31,000 nt of DNA from Flectonema sp. DT1601 (Eukaryota). Below, piece by piece: positions 1 to 12,900 of the stretch. Location of the stretch: the NCBI GenBank assembly GCA_964019425.1, contig OZ025800.1, positions 1,240,001 through 1,271,000 on the forward strand, read 5' to 3'. The notes under the pieces are model-generated. The model saw only the letters and a program-made list of their open reading frames with translations, made no database searches and was not told the origin of the DNA. Positions within the stretch are counted from its first letter, which is position 1. Every line of letters starts with the position of its first letter. Both the position numbers and the translations under genes were made by a program.

Positions 1-1
1 A

Positions 2-862
2 GCACTTCAGGAAGGTATACAACCGCTGCTAAATATGAAGTCAAGGTGGGATCGAAAAAGGGCGAAACCAGAGACACCTAATATGGAAGTATTGCTTCTC
101 GGGATTTTATCATATGGGTTGCCTCAAAATATTGCGACCCTTGCGCATGGCACTACGGGAAGTGAAGTACGACTGTGTACCTCCGAACGTGACGACGTAC
201 AGTTTCATCCTAGTGGTGTCTTTTTTGAAAAAAACCCCTTCGCGGGATCACCAAGTAGCTGCATCGGTATACTCTACCAACGGTTGTTGGAAACCAGAAA
301 GGCATATCTTGTGACGACCGTGAAGGTCTTCTTGCCTCCAGTTCTACTTCTAACGGCAGATGATATCGATGTTGGTCTTGATAGCGATGGTACTGACATA
401 GCAAAGAGTATTATTGTGAATAATGAATTCTTAATTACGTTTATATCTGCGGAAGTCAAAAGAGAAGCTCTATCTCTGGCGATCTCACTTCGTCTTTCAA
501 TAGACGATGCGGTGCTTCATGTGACCAGCAAGACTTCGTCAATTTATACCTTAAGAGACAATCTTCAAGATTGTCCTGAATTAGTTCCTGATTGGCTACG
601 AGCTCCTTTTAATCAAAAAGATGAATGTAACAACTGTTCACAACTCTTAGATCAGCTCCTTTCACTTCCCCTTTCTTATGTGCAGACTGTAACTCGTCTT
701 CCTCGAGATCAGATAATAAGAATGACCTTTCCTGCGTCTTTTAGGTCTTCAAATATTGACTTCAGATCTATCTCAAACTTGTCCGACTACAGACATCTCA
801 AGTACGGTATTCAGGTTTGCCCTTTTGTTAGATACGCTGCGCTCTGTGTTGCCTCTGAATAG
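2..862 (+). CDS. C-terminal part of a DEAH/RHA-family RNA helicase (DHX36/DHX57/DHX29-like OB_NTP_bind region); 5'-partial
   Basis: Frame is open from base 2. Motifs GLPQNIA (cf. GLYPNVA), VQFHPSGVF (cf. VxIHPSSVN), LYQRLLETRKAYLVTTVKV..PVLLL (cf. YxExxxTxKxYxxxxTxVxPxxLLL) and LRLSIDDAV (cf. LRxxLDxLL) occur in the expected order. Confidence 0.7.
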   Translation, partial: ALQEGIQPLLNMKSRWDRKRAKPETPNMEVLLLGILSYGLPQNIATLAHGTTGSEVRLCTSERDDVQFHPSGVFFEKNPFAGSPSSCIGILYQRLLETRKAYLVTTVKVFLPPVLLLTADDIDVGLDSDGTDIAKSIIVNNEFLITFISAEVKREALSLAISLRLSIDDAVLHVTSKTSSIYTLRDNLQDCPELVPDWLRAPFNQKDECNNCSQLLDQLLSLPLSYVQTVTRLPRDQIIRMTFPASFRSSNIDFRSISNLSDYRHLKYGIQVCPFVRYAALCVASE

Positions 863-2033
863 CTAAATTATACACTTGATCGAAACATATCTGGAGCTCT
901 TCAAGGTAATAAATTAGACAGACATAAGAATGAATACTATTGTTAGCTGAGGGTGATAATCGGTAGCAGAGTTTGGCTAACTGAATCTTTCGAAAGGTGT
1001 TGACTAAGTAGCTTTCAGTAGAAGTACTTTTAATAAAGAAAGCTACGTATCGAGCCGTGGTCACGTTCCACATCCATGTTGATTTGCCTTGCAGCTTTTG
1101 ATACGATTAATGTGTTATTTTAAGTACTTGCACTGAACCATGAGGCAAATCTCATAGTTTGTTTTTTGAGCTGGTTTTAATGTTGTTTTGAGAACTTTTA
1201 TTTGTTATACCCAGTCACTCACTAGATGCCAGAGCTGGCCTGATAAGGTGCTAACCAGGTCAGGATTAAAACAGACAGATGAATTTCAAATTCTTTGGAA
1301 TCTAGTCATGATTTATTTTCCCCGTGCGACAGGATTTGTCTGCGTTCAACGAAATATAAGGGTAATCTGGATGGTTTTTTATATTTTGTCTTCTCTACTT
1401 GCACAATAGCGATTTTAGTCGCATAGATACTGCAAAGAGAAACCAACAAAAATAAGCAACTATTTGTTTTGCAACTTTTGTTTTTACACTTTCAACAAGA
1501 CTTGCTTTTCGGCATGTCTTTTGTTGTTTGTTCAGAATATTTTGTGTCCGTGTGGGTGGGGTGCGGGACTCAATGGAAAGCTGTGAGTTTTCAATTTGAG
1601 GGACGTGTTCCAAATAACTTACTTACTTGCTCACTTGTATTATGGCAAAGGCTTCCTTGGCTGTATTTCTTTTTTGCACAATTCTTAATACACCCAACAA
1701 CTCCAGCAAACAAAACACACAACACACAAACACACATACACACTTACCAAGTCACCATGGGTACAACGACCTGTACCTGAGTGACACAATGCCGGATGGA
1801 TTCCGTTGAGGGGATCGACTCCAGTATGACACTTTTTGTATCTTTCTTTTTATTTGCTCTTAAAATGCACACACTTACCCCTTTCTTATTCTTAAATCTT
1901 ATTAAAGTTACTCGATCGACTTCTTGTTGTCCGCGAGCTGTTTCTTTTGAATGCTGTTGGATAGATATTGTTACTTCACTTTCACATATACAGACTCATA
2001 GGGAGTAATTGTTTATAAGAAAGCGAATTAAAA

Positions 2034-3674
2034 ATGTTTAGGTGTGCTGTTCGTCGCCTAAGTACTCCCTCAACCTCTCGTAGGTGGAACTCGTTGAATG
2101 GAAATGATGAGGAGCTGGTATTAGCATCAGACCCGGATTCGATAAACAAGTACGCTTGGAAATTAGACAGGGACAAAGAAATTGTTAAAGCAACTCAATT
2201 CATTGCCTCCGAAACAAGTGTATTGGACATGGATAATGCTGCTGGAATGTTGAAAATTATTCCGGACGAAAATCCCATCTCGATTGATGAAAAAAATATT
2301 GAAAAGGGAGATACGATAACGAGCTTTGTAATTTTAAGAAAGCCGTGTGAGAAGACGCAACCTAATATTTTGATGTTAGGCGATATAGCGACGAATTACA
2401 GTAGACTACCCAGCGGCAAGGATGATAATTTAGTTGTTGCTATTCGAAGTTCAGATGGTGGAGTAAATGTTGGTTACGGATTTTGGCAAAAGCGACTAAA
2501 AAAGTGTTTTGTTTTCTTATGGGTACGTGGTGCTCGATCACGCAACACAAAAGAAGAAATGAAAACACAAAGATACCTGACTGTGGGGAGGCAGTTTTGG
2601 TTCAGCCGCTTTTACAGGGCCTTAGAATTCAGACAGTCATTCATTGATTTCGAGCGAACTGATTGTTTTAGATTAATTGATGGTGACGTTGACGGCTGTC
2701 CCGCATTAACAGTAGATTTATTACGTACCTCAGCTCATATTGTTATTAATGATCAGATAGCTGTTTCGTACCTTCCATATTTAATTGAATACATGCAGAC
2801 CAGGACACCTTGTACATCTATTTATTGCAATGCATCGGCTAAAAAAATTACTATCCCAAAGCAATATTCGGGATATATTGGAGTGAATGAGGGCTTGCGT
2901 ACTCAGAAGGTTACTGAAAATGGGTTGCTATTTAATTTTATCCTGCGAAACGTAAAACACAACATCAACCCAGGATATCGATCCTGGAGGGAGGCAATTG
3001 AAGAATTCAGTTCTGGTCGAGATTGTGTGATCCTCAATGACGATAGTGGATCATCGCCTTGCTATGCCTTACGAGGTGGGGCAAATAAAGTTTTGATTGT
3101 TAATAATGATAATGTTTCAAGGAAGTTGTCGGAGGATAATATTAATTTAAACTTTCACAGAGAAGAAGTTCGTGCTAATCACTTAAAAGCTAATCAAGGT
3201 TTCGCATACCACTTCCCAAATATCGAAAGACAGCATGCCTACGCTTTTGGTACTCCTAGAACTTTCTTTCAGAGATTAGATGGAGAGCCTTTCGACTACT
3301 TTGCATTCAGCATCCCCGTCAGTTCTTCATCGCTAATACACACAGCAGTATCAATTGTTGTCAAAGCATTACGATTAGTGAGAGTAAATCCTGACCTCGG
3401 AAATACTGGTATCGTTCTTGTGAGGGGGGTATGTAGTTTTCTATTACTGTATAAAGAGAAAGGGAAATAAGCAACAACAAATAACAACCAACAACACCAC
3501 CAGTTTTACGACCCATTTGAGCTGAGACACATCGTTTCTGTTGCAGCCGCATCCGTGACGAGGGATGTGAGAATATTAAAACTTATTACTCCTCACGCGG
3601 ATGTTGAGAAGTCATTGCGAACGAAGGCCCGTCCAATATTTTGTGGGGTGGTGCTGGCTGTTAAAAACCATTAA
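2034..3674 (+). CDS. Mitochondrion-targeted RlmI/YccW-like rRNA methyltransferase homologue; join(2034..3428,3504..3674), about 521 aa
   Basis: Arg/Ser-rich presequence MFRCAVRRLSTPSTSRR. RLIDGDVDGCPALTVD resembles RlmI RLIAGESDGLPGITID; also VTENGLLF and ALRGGANKV. A phase-0 intron (GTATGT at 3429, CAG at 3503) adds FYDPFELRHIVSVAAASVTRDVRILKLITPHAD...FCGVVLAV, which matches the RlmI C-terminus ([20 protein letters not shown]). Confidence 0.75.
3429..3503 (+). other. 75-nt GT-AG spliceosomal intron with A/C-rich 3' end
   Basis: GG|GTATGT donor and caacaacaccacCAG acceptor. Splicing restores the RlmI-like C-terminus in frame. Confidence 0.8.
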
Positions 3675-4727
3675 TTACAGTAAGTAGACGATATTGATAT
3701 TATAACCAATAGGTGGGTGACTCCTGTCACTCTCTTAGTACAATAACACTTGACGACTGTTATAGGAATCTCAAGCATGTTGTCGCACTGCTAACACTTA
3801 ATAGAAATTTCAATTAATGTTATTTTAAATTTCAATCATAACTATCAATTCGACAAATCAAACTCCCTTTTGGGCAATTCTTTGTTTGCTGAAGGGGTAG
3901 ACAACGTGGTATTTAAAGCTTTTGTGGAAAAGAAACGAAAAAAAAAAAAATCGGCAAACTTCACTTTTTTACTTACTCACACTTTTATTTTGTTGCGCAA
4001 CAGGTAGAAAATCCTAATAAAAGAAGAGGCTAGTTACGCTGCCACAATTCTCTTTCTACCGAACAATGGGTTTGTAGGTACAAAAAATATTTGTTTTAAA
4101 CTTTTTGGAATATATGCCACCTGATCTTCACAGTAACGAATAATAACAAGATGCCTCTGTTGGATCTCACTGTGGGAAGTGATGGAACGATTTCGTACGG
4201 TAATCCCGGAGCATCAAAGTCAGCAGATAAAAAGAAAAACATCAGCAGCAGTAATATCGATAAGAATGGCATGACACCCATCCCTTCAATGTACTCGATG
4301 GATATGAATTTGGATTAATAATATTGATTTCTGTTAATTGGAAAAGGATCGCTAGGGTAAGTACGGTTGTTGGCCCGAAAGATGGGGGGCACTTGGAGGC
4401 AAACTCGCTTTTGCAGTCCATTTTGTTAATGCATATTAACAAATACTTTGGCAATCCGGAGGTGAGGATGATCATTAACCTGCTTCGTTTTACACTTCTT
4501 CAAACTTACACTTTTTTTCGTTGAGGTTATATTTTTGAAATTTGATTGTTTTCAGTGTTGTTTTCCTTATTATATTCACAGTAGGGTTCTTATCAGTTGA
4601 GAGTTTGAAATGGTGTGTAGTCGGCTCGTTAAACATTATTGTGACAACTACGAAAGGAATAGTCTGACGATTGCTATCTGAAGTGTTTATGTTTCTTATT
4701 TCACAACCTAACAGCCAGCCAGTATTA

Positions 4728-6191
4728 ATGTCTTCGTTAGCCATCTACTTGGGAGCTCCAGCAGTGTTGCTTCTTGTGATGGTTGTGTTCTTCCATTTGA
4801 GGGAGGAGAAGAAGAGATCGTTAACAAAAGACCTTCCCAGCCCTGGAAATCATCTTCCGATACTTGGATTGGCACCAATGCTGATTAGACTTGCTCATGA
4901 AGGAGAAGTTTTCGAATGGCTTCACAAGCAGTGCAAATTATTTAATTACAAAACCTGGGTCTACTACTCCCCAGAGAGTACAGAGTTTATGTTATCAGAT
5001 CCGAGGGATGTTAAATATTGTTTTGCTACAAACTTTCTAAATTACGAACACACCTTGAGGCGACCGAAATTTGAAGTTATAACCGGGAAGGGGATATTCA
5101 CAGCTGATGGTGAACAGTGGAAGGAACATCGAAGACTTGCAGTGTCAATGTTTACCAGTTCAAGGTTGGATGCGATGCAATATGTTTTCGAAGCTCGTTC
5201 TAAAACCGTTACAACTCTACTGGCAGCTTCAAAGCAGAAGTTCATAGATATTCAATCTCTAATGTACAGCTATACCTTTGACAGTATTTGTGAAATCGCA
5301 CTTGGTGTTTCTTCAGATAGCATGGGTGGTGATGAACGCAGCCTTCAGTTTCAAGCTGCTTTTGACTCATGCCAAAGAATTGCTGCGAGGAGATTTATCA
5401 AAGCTTTCTGGCACATTGAAGAACTACTAGCTAAGATTGGTATTGGAAACGGTGAAGAAACGGAACTACGTCGCGATATTAAACTCGTAAATCAATTTAT
5501 TTATAATATAATCTCAAGTAGGACTCAAGAACAGTGGGATAACGGTAAGGACATTCTGTGTGTTTATAAACATCAGAAACCGGAAGTTGAAGAATCTGAG
5601 CTTCGAGATGTCGCACTGAACTTTATAATCGCAGGCCGGGATACGACTGCTGCTGCTGCCACTTGGATGTTATTGGAACTCTCAAAGTCTACCGAGGCAT
5701 TGGAAAGGGTTCGCGAAGAAATAAAAACTGAAAGCAGTGTATCAAACATGCACTATCTTCAGGCAGTCTTTTTAGAAACACTTCGTCTTCAGCCATCAGT
5801 TCCAATGGATGGAAAAACGTCCATCAATGATGACACTCTCCCGTCTGGTGTATTTGTACCTGCTGGTTCAAACGTAAATTTCCATCCTTGGTCATTTACT
5901 AAAAATCCAAATATCTTTGAGGACCCAGAATCATTTAAACCAGAGAGGTGGATTCTCCCAGACGGACATTGTAAAAACCCTGATCAGTATAGCTTTCCTC
6001 AGTTTAATATGGGACCCAGAATATGCCTTGGAAGAATCATGGCAGCGAATGAAGCAAAAACTATCATTTCAGAAATTGTGTCAAATTTTGACTTCTCTCT
6101 CGAGACTGGGTACGAAAGAAAATTTCATCACAGCGCTGTCATTCAGTCAAAGAATGGATTAATGTTGTCTTTTACCCCTAGAGCAGCGTAA
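4728..6191 (+). CDS. Cytochrome P450 (CYP704/CYP86/CYP94-like, possible fatty-acyl hydroxylase)
   Basis: N-terminal TM anchor plus Pro-rich hinge (LPSPGNHLPILG), GIFTADGEQWKEHR, I-helix AGRDTT, K-helix ETLR, PERW and heme motif FNMGPRICLG. First plausible ATG is 4728, just after CTAACAG. Confidence 0.95.
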   Translation: MSSLAIYLGAPAVLLLVMVVFFHLREEKKRSLTKDLPSPGNHLPILGLAPMLIRLAHEGEVFEWLHKQCKLFNYKTWVYYSPESTEFMLSDPRDVKYCFATNFLNYEHTLRRPKFEVITGKGIFTADGEQWKEHRRLAVSMFTSSRLDAMQYVFEARSKTVTTLLAASKQKFIDIQSLMYSYTFDSICEIALGVSSDSMGGDERSLQFQAAFDSCQRIAARRFIKAFWHIEELLAKIGIGNGEETELRRDIKLVNQFIYNIISSRTQEQWDNGKDILCVYKHQKPEVEESELRDVALNFIIAGRDTTAAAATWMLLELSKSTEALERVREEIKTESSVSNMHYLQAVFLETLRLQPSVPMDGKTSINDDTLPSGVFVPAGSNVNFHPWSFTKNPNIFEDPESFKPERWILPDGHCKNPDQYSFPQFNMGPRICLGRIMAANEAKTIISEIVSNFDFSLETGYERKFHHSAVIQSKNGLMLSFTPRAA

Positions 6192-6998
6192 TCCTCTCTT
6201 ATTACGATTATTATTATTTTTTTTGTTGAAGCGTTATTTCCGATGTGTGTCCGACTTGTTTCCTTTTTTATTTTTACATTACCAGAATTAATAGTAAATT
6301 CCAATCAATCGTACTTTGTGTATTGAAAATGTGTGTCTACACAGTAGTTTAAGTGTGATGCTTCTCAATGGGAAATTATTTATTTCATTCTTTTTGATGT
6401 TTTTATTTTTAGTTTCCTCTCATCTTTTTTCGATATACTTGTAGAAAAACTTATGCTACTTGTTAACAATATTAGTTGATTTCATGATTACTTTCGCAGT
6501 CTAAACAATTTGAAAAGTTTTGTGACAAGCGATTACTTCACTCGACTGAAATTCGCTTTTTTCTATTAAAGAAGACATCTTGTTTTTGAGGCGTAGTCAT
6601 TCTCTTAATTTTTGTTTTCAAAGAGCAACCATCCAAGTGATGTATCTGTTTCATTGTATTAACAACAATGACAAGCATAAAACTAAAATATCCTCACTTT
6701 CCCTTTTTTGATAATTTGCAGCAATTTACACATCGTCGTATAACTTGTTTAATTGTACTTTTCTACAAAGCTTCTTAATCAATATTTCACCATAATCAAA
6801 TTACTTTAATGGAAGCATATGAACACTTGGGGTGTGCAGTGGGTGAAGAACCTTCCTCAACAAGCAGACCTGTCAACTTGTATTCAACTCTTTTAGTACA
6901 ATACCTTCGTATTGTAATATTACAAAAAAATAACAAAAAACATTTTTAATATTCAGATTTAACAAATAATATTGTGAAGGAGAGTCTTCACTATAAAT

Positions 6999-9900
6999 AT
7001 GATATCGCGGATGGCATTACTGCTGTTGTTCTACGTCACGACTTCAAGTGCCGATGTTATCGGAAGCTGGTCGGATTCTGGAATCACATCGACAGTTGAA
7101 GTTGGGAATGACGTGAGGATAACAATGACCGGATTCAATGATGGATGGTTTGCTGTTGGGTTTGGAGGAAATACCATGGCCGCCACCGCATCTGCGATTG
7201 TTGTTGAGAACGGAGTTGCCCCTTACGAAAAAGTGTTGGGATCGCAAACCGCTGGTACCGACCCACCGGCAGTGTTGACGGTAGTATCAGACACCAGGAA
7301 TGGCCCATTCAGAATAGTAGTTGTAACCAGACCTATTGCTGGAGGTTCCGGGACGTACACTTTCCCATCAGCTGTTGGCAGCATTGATGTGATTTGGGCT
7401 GCTGGAATGGGTGCGTACGCCTACCACATGGGATTTAGAGGTGTCGGAATGATTGATTTTGCAGTCCCAACTCCTGCACCGCCAACTGCTCCGCCAACTG
7501 ACGCACCGTCAGCAATATCAGTTGTTGGAAGTTGGTCGGGTTCTGGAATCACTTCGACAGTTGAAGTTGGGACTGAGGTGAAGATAACAATGACCGGACC
7601 TAATGTCGGATATTTTTCTGTTGGGTTTGGTGGAAATACCATGGCCGCCACCGCATCTGCGATTGTTGTTGAGAACGGAGTTGCTCCTTACGAGAAAGTG
7701 TTAGGATCGCAAACTGCTGGTACCGACCCACCGGCAGTGCTGACGGTAATATCGGACACGGTGGATGGCGCAAACAGAGTAGTAGTTGTAACCAGACCTA
7801 TTGCTGGAGGTTCCGGAACGTACACTTTTCCAACAGCTGCTGGGAGCATTGATGTGATTTGGGCGAGTGGAGCAGGTGCGTATGTCTACCACGACGCGCG
7901 AGGTGCCAGTTCCATCCAATTTGCTGCTCCGGTAATAACACCTATCGAAGGGACTTGGTCGGGTTCTGGAATCACTTCGACAGTTGAAGTTGGGAATGAA
8001 GTGAGGATAACGATGACTGGGCCTAATGTCGGATATTTTTCCGTTGGGTTTGGAGGAAATGTCATGACTAACACCGCATCTGCGATTGTTGTTGAGAACG
8101 GAGTTGCTCCTTACGAGAAAGTGTTGGGATCGTATACCGCTGGTACCGATCCACCGGCAGTGTTGACGGTAGTATCAGACACCGTGGATGGCGCAAACAG
8201 GGTAGTAGTTGTAACCAGACCTATTGCTGGAGGTTCCGGAACGTACACTTTTCCAGTTTTTCCTGGGAGCATTGATGTGATTTGGGCGAGTGGGGCAGGT
8301 GCGTATGTCTACCACGACGCGCGAGGTGCCAGTTCCATGGATTTTGCTGCTCCGGTAATAACACCTATCGAAGGGACTTGGTCGGGTTCTGGAATCACTT
8401 CGACGGTTGAAGTTGGGAATGAAGTGAGGATAACGATGACCGGATTCAATGATGGATGGTTTGCTGTTGGGTTTGGAGGAAATACCATGGCTACCACCGC
8501 ATCTGCGATTGTTGTTGAGAACGGAGTTGCCCCTTACGAAAAAGTGTTGGGATCGCAAACCGCTGGTACCGACCCACCGGCAGTGTTGACGGTGGTATCA
8601 GACACCAGGAATGGCCCATTCAGAATAGTAGTTGTAACCAGACCTATTGCTGGAGGTTCCGGGACGTACACTTTCCCATCAGCTGTTGGCAGCATTGATG
8701 TGATTTGGGCTGCTGGAATGGGTGCGTACGCCTACCACATGGGATTTAGAGGTGTCGGAATGATTGATTTTGCAGTCCCAACTCCTGCACCGCCAACTGC
8801 TCCGCCAACTGACGCACCGTCAGCAATATCAGTTGTTGGAAGTTGGTCGGGTTCTGGAATCACTTCGACAGTTGAAGTTGGGACTGAGGTGAAGATAACA
8901 ATGACCGGACCTAATGTCGGATATTTTGCTGTTGGGTTTGGAGGAAATACCATGACTAACACCGCATCTGCGATTGTTGTTGAGAACGGAGTTGCTCCTT
9001 ACGAGAAAGTGTTAGGATCGCAAACTGCTGGTACCGATCCACCGGCAGTGCTGACGGTAATATCGGACACGGTGGATGGCGCAAACAGAGTGGTAGTTGT
9101 AACCAGACCTATTGCTGGAGGTTCCGGAACGTACACTTTTCCAACAGCTGCTGGGAGCATTGATGTGATTTGGGCGAGTGGGGCAGGTGCGTATGTCTAC
9201 CACGACGCGCGAGGTGCCAGTTCCATCCAATTTGCTGCTCCGGTAATAACACCTATCGAAGGGACTTGGTCGGGTTCTGGAATCACTTCGACAGTTGAAG
9301 TTGGGAATGAAGTGAGGATAACGATGACTGGGCCTAATGTCGGATATTTTTCCGTTGGGTTTGGAGGAAATGTCATGACTAACACCGCATCTGCGATTGT
9401 TGTTGAGAACGGAGTTGCTCCTTACGAGAAAGTGTTGGGATCGTATACCGCTGGTACCGATCCACCGGCAGTGTTGACGGTAGTATCAGACACCGTGGAT
9501 GGTGCAAACAGAGTAGTAGTTGTAACCAGACCTATTGCTGGAGGTTCCGGAACGTACACTTTTCCAGTTTTTCCTGGGAGCATTGATGTGATTTGGGCGA
9601 GTGGGGCAGGTGCGTATGTCTACCACGACGCGCGAGGTGCCAGTTCCATGGATTTTGCTGCTCCGGTAATAACACCTATCGAAGGGACTTGGTCGGGTTC
9701 TGGAATCACTTCGACGGTTGAAGTTGGGAATGAAGTGAGGATAACGATGACCGGATTCAATGATGGATGGTTTGCTGTTGGGTTTGGAGGAAATACCATG
9801 GCTACCACCGCATCTGCGATTGTTGTTGAGAACGGAGTTGCCCCTTACGAAAAAGTGTTGGGATCGCAAACCGCTGGTACCGACCCACCGGCAGTGTTGA

Positions 9901-12900
9901 CGGTAGTATCAGACACCAGGAATGGCCCATTCAGAATAGTAGTTGTAACCAGACCTATTGCTGGAGGTTCCGGGACGTACACTTTCCCATCAGCTGTTGG
10001 CAGCATTGATGTGATTTGGGCTGCTGGAATGGGTGCGTACGCCTACCACATGGGATTTAGAGGTGTCGGAATGATTGATTTTGCAGTCCCAACTCCTGCA
10101 CCGCCAACTGCTCCGCCAACTGACGCACCGTCAGCAATATCAGTTGTTGGAAGTTGGTCGGGTTCTGGAATCACTTCGACAGTTGAAGTTGGGACTGAGG
10201 TGAAGATAACAATGACCGGACCTAATGTCGGATATTTTTCCGTTGGGTTTGGTGGAAATACCATGGCCGCCACCGCATCTGCGATTGTTGTTGAGAACGG
10301 AGTTGCTCCTTACGAGAAAGTGTTAGGATCGCAAACTGCTGGTACCGACCCACCGGCAGTGCTGACGGTAATATCGGACACGGTGGATGGCGCAAACAGA
10401 GTAGTAGTTGTAACCAGACCTATTGCTGGAGGTTCCGGAACGTACACTTTTCCAACAGCTGCTGGGAGCATTGATGTGATTTGGGCGAGTGGAGCAGGTG
10501 CGTATGTCTACCACGACGCGCGAGGTGCCAGTTCCATCCAATTTGCTGCTCCGGTAATAACACCTATCGAAGGGACTTGGTCGGGTTCTGGAATCACTTC
10601 GACAGTTGAAGTTGGGAATGAAGTGAGGATAACGATGACTGGGCCTAATGTCGGATATTTTTCCGTTGGGTTTGGAGGAAATGTCATGACTAACACCGCA
10701 TCTGCGATTGTTGTTGAGAACGGAGTTGCTCCTTACGAGAAAGTGTTGGGATCGTATACCGCTGGTACCGATCCACCGGCAGTGTTGACGGTAGTATCAG
10801 ACACCGTGGATGGCGCAAACAGGGTAGTAGTTGTAACCAGACCTATTGCTGGAGGTTCCGGAACGTACACTTTTCCAGTTTTTCCTGGGAGCATTGATGT
10901 GATTTGGGCGAGTGGGGCAGGTGCGTATGTCTACCACGACGCGCGAGGAGCTGAGATGATGACTTTCACGGTAGCGACTCCCGTACTGCCAGCTGCGCGA
11001 ACTGACGCACCCTCGACAACATCATTTACTGGAAGTTGGTCAGGTTCTGGAATCACTTCGACAGTTGAGGTTGAGACTGAGGTGAGGATAACAATGACCG
11101 GACCTAATGTAGGATACTTTTCCGTTGGGTTTGGAGGAAATACCATGACTAACACCGCATCTGCGATTGTTGTTGAGAACGGAGTTGCTCCTTACGAGAA
11201 AGTGTTAGGATCGCAAACCGCTGGTACCGACCCACCGGCAGTGTTGACGGTAGTATCAGACACCGTGGATGGCGCAAACAGAGTGGTAGTTGTAACCAGA
11301 CCTATTGCTGGAGGTTCTGGGACGTACGCTTTTCCAACAGCTGCTGGGAGCATTGATGTGATTTGGGCGAGTGGAGCAGGTGCGTATGTCTACCACAACT
11401 CACGAGGTGATGGATCATTAACGTTTGTCTCTTCGAATCCTGCAGCGACACCGGCTCCGATATCTGATGCTCCGCCAACTGCTGTTCCAACTGCTGCTCC
11501 ACCCACTGCAGCTCCTCCAAGTATCTCAACAATCTCATCTGATGGAATTATTGCATCTGATCAAGTAACGGGAGTGACAACAGATGTTCGATTCTCATCA
11601 GACGAAGCAACAATCACAGTCAGAGGTCCTCCGGGAGTTTGGTTTGGAGTAGCATTCGGACAGATAAGAATGATGCCAACAGCTACTGCTTTCATTATAA
11701 CTAGCGGCAGTCCAACAACTGTTGAAGAACGAACTCTAACGGATCGAAGTGAAGGGACGTTGATTGACAGCATCCAGGGAGATAAGATAGTGTCAGATGC
11801 TATCGTCGGGGGAATGAGAGAAGTCGTTTTCATGAGAACTATGGCAGGACAGGGTGAGTCATTCACATTCGACACAACAGCTGCGAGTGTTGAAATGATG
11901 ACCGCCATGGGAAGAACTGCTGACTACACATCCGGTCACAGCGTGTCCTCAGGTTTAAATATCGGAGCATCAGCGCAGGTGTTCTCTCAACAGTTTTCAT
12001 TGACGTCACTCAACTTTGATGAAAATAAATTTCAGATGGTGATGAGATGTCAGGTAGGGTTATGGTGCGGTATATCTCTCGGCACTATGGAAGATGGACG
12101 TTCGATAACTTGCAGGGAACCTGGTCTTTGTGAGAACAGCAAGCTTGTGATTTCAGGTCCCCAGCCAGAAGCAATTCAAAAAGTCACCGTAACAGAGTTC
12201 GCAGTCGAAAATGGGTTCTTCACACTCACTGCAACTTTTGATGAAGTAGGCAGCGGGTTTGTATCTGGAGCTGCGATATTGTGGAGTGTTGGAACAGTAA
12301 CGAATGGTAATCTGGACAAACACGAAGACAATCAACGAGGAGGGCAGTTCCTCGCTACTGGAGGAACTAGAGATGTTGGAGATGACAAAACCCTCCGAAT
12401 TGGTTATTCCATGATCGCAATTGTTCTAATCGCCGGCATTGGTCTAGTTTCTGGTTTGATGTACTACCGCTACAATAAGAATGGACCAGACTTCATCAGC
12501 AAGAAGTTATTCAACTCTCACGCGGGTACAATCATTGCGATGATTGTTGTTGCAATTGCGTGTACGGTGTCATACTTCGCTTCTTATAGTACGGACGAGT
12601 GGTGGTATGGTACTGCTAACCCAGCCGTAATTACTCTTACAACAACTCTGTTACTATCCAGTGGAAGTATCGGACAGTTAGTAAAGATCTCAAGAGAGAG
12701 ATTAATAACATATCACAGATGGTTGGGAGTATCCTTCTTATTGTTTTCATCAATTCATGGAATTGGTTATCTAATCGACAGCTCTAACAATGACATCTTA
12801 GACCTGATGTGGAAAACTGACGACTATAAGGGAGCTGCTCCTCTTTACGGAGTCCTTTCCCTCCTATGCACCTTCTTAATGTTCTCGCTTTCCTTTATTA

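Noticed and set aside
4066..4318. Short plus-strand ORF MPLLDLTVGSDG... (4151-4318), possibly with a tiny upstream exon
   Set aside because: About 55-62 aa with no recognisable motif; cannot be supported without transcripts.
7044..11155. Recurrent minus-strand ORFs within the DOMON array
   Set aside because: Antisense shadows that recur only because the coding repeat recurs.
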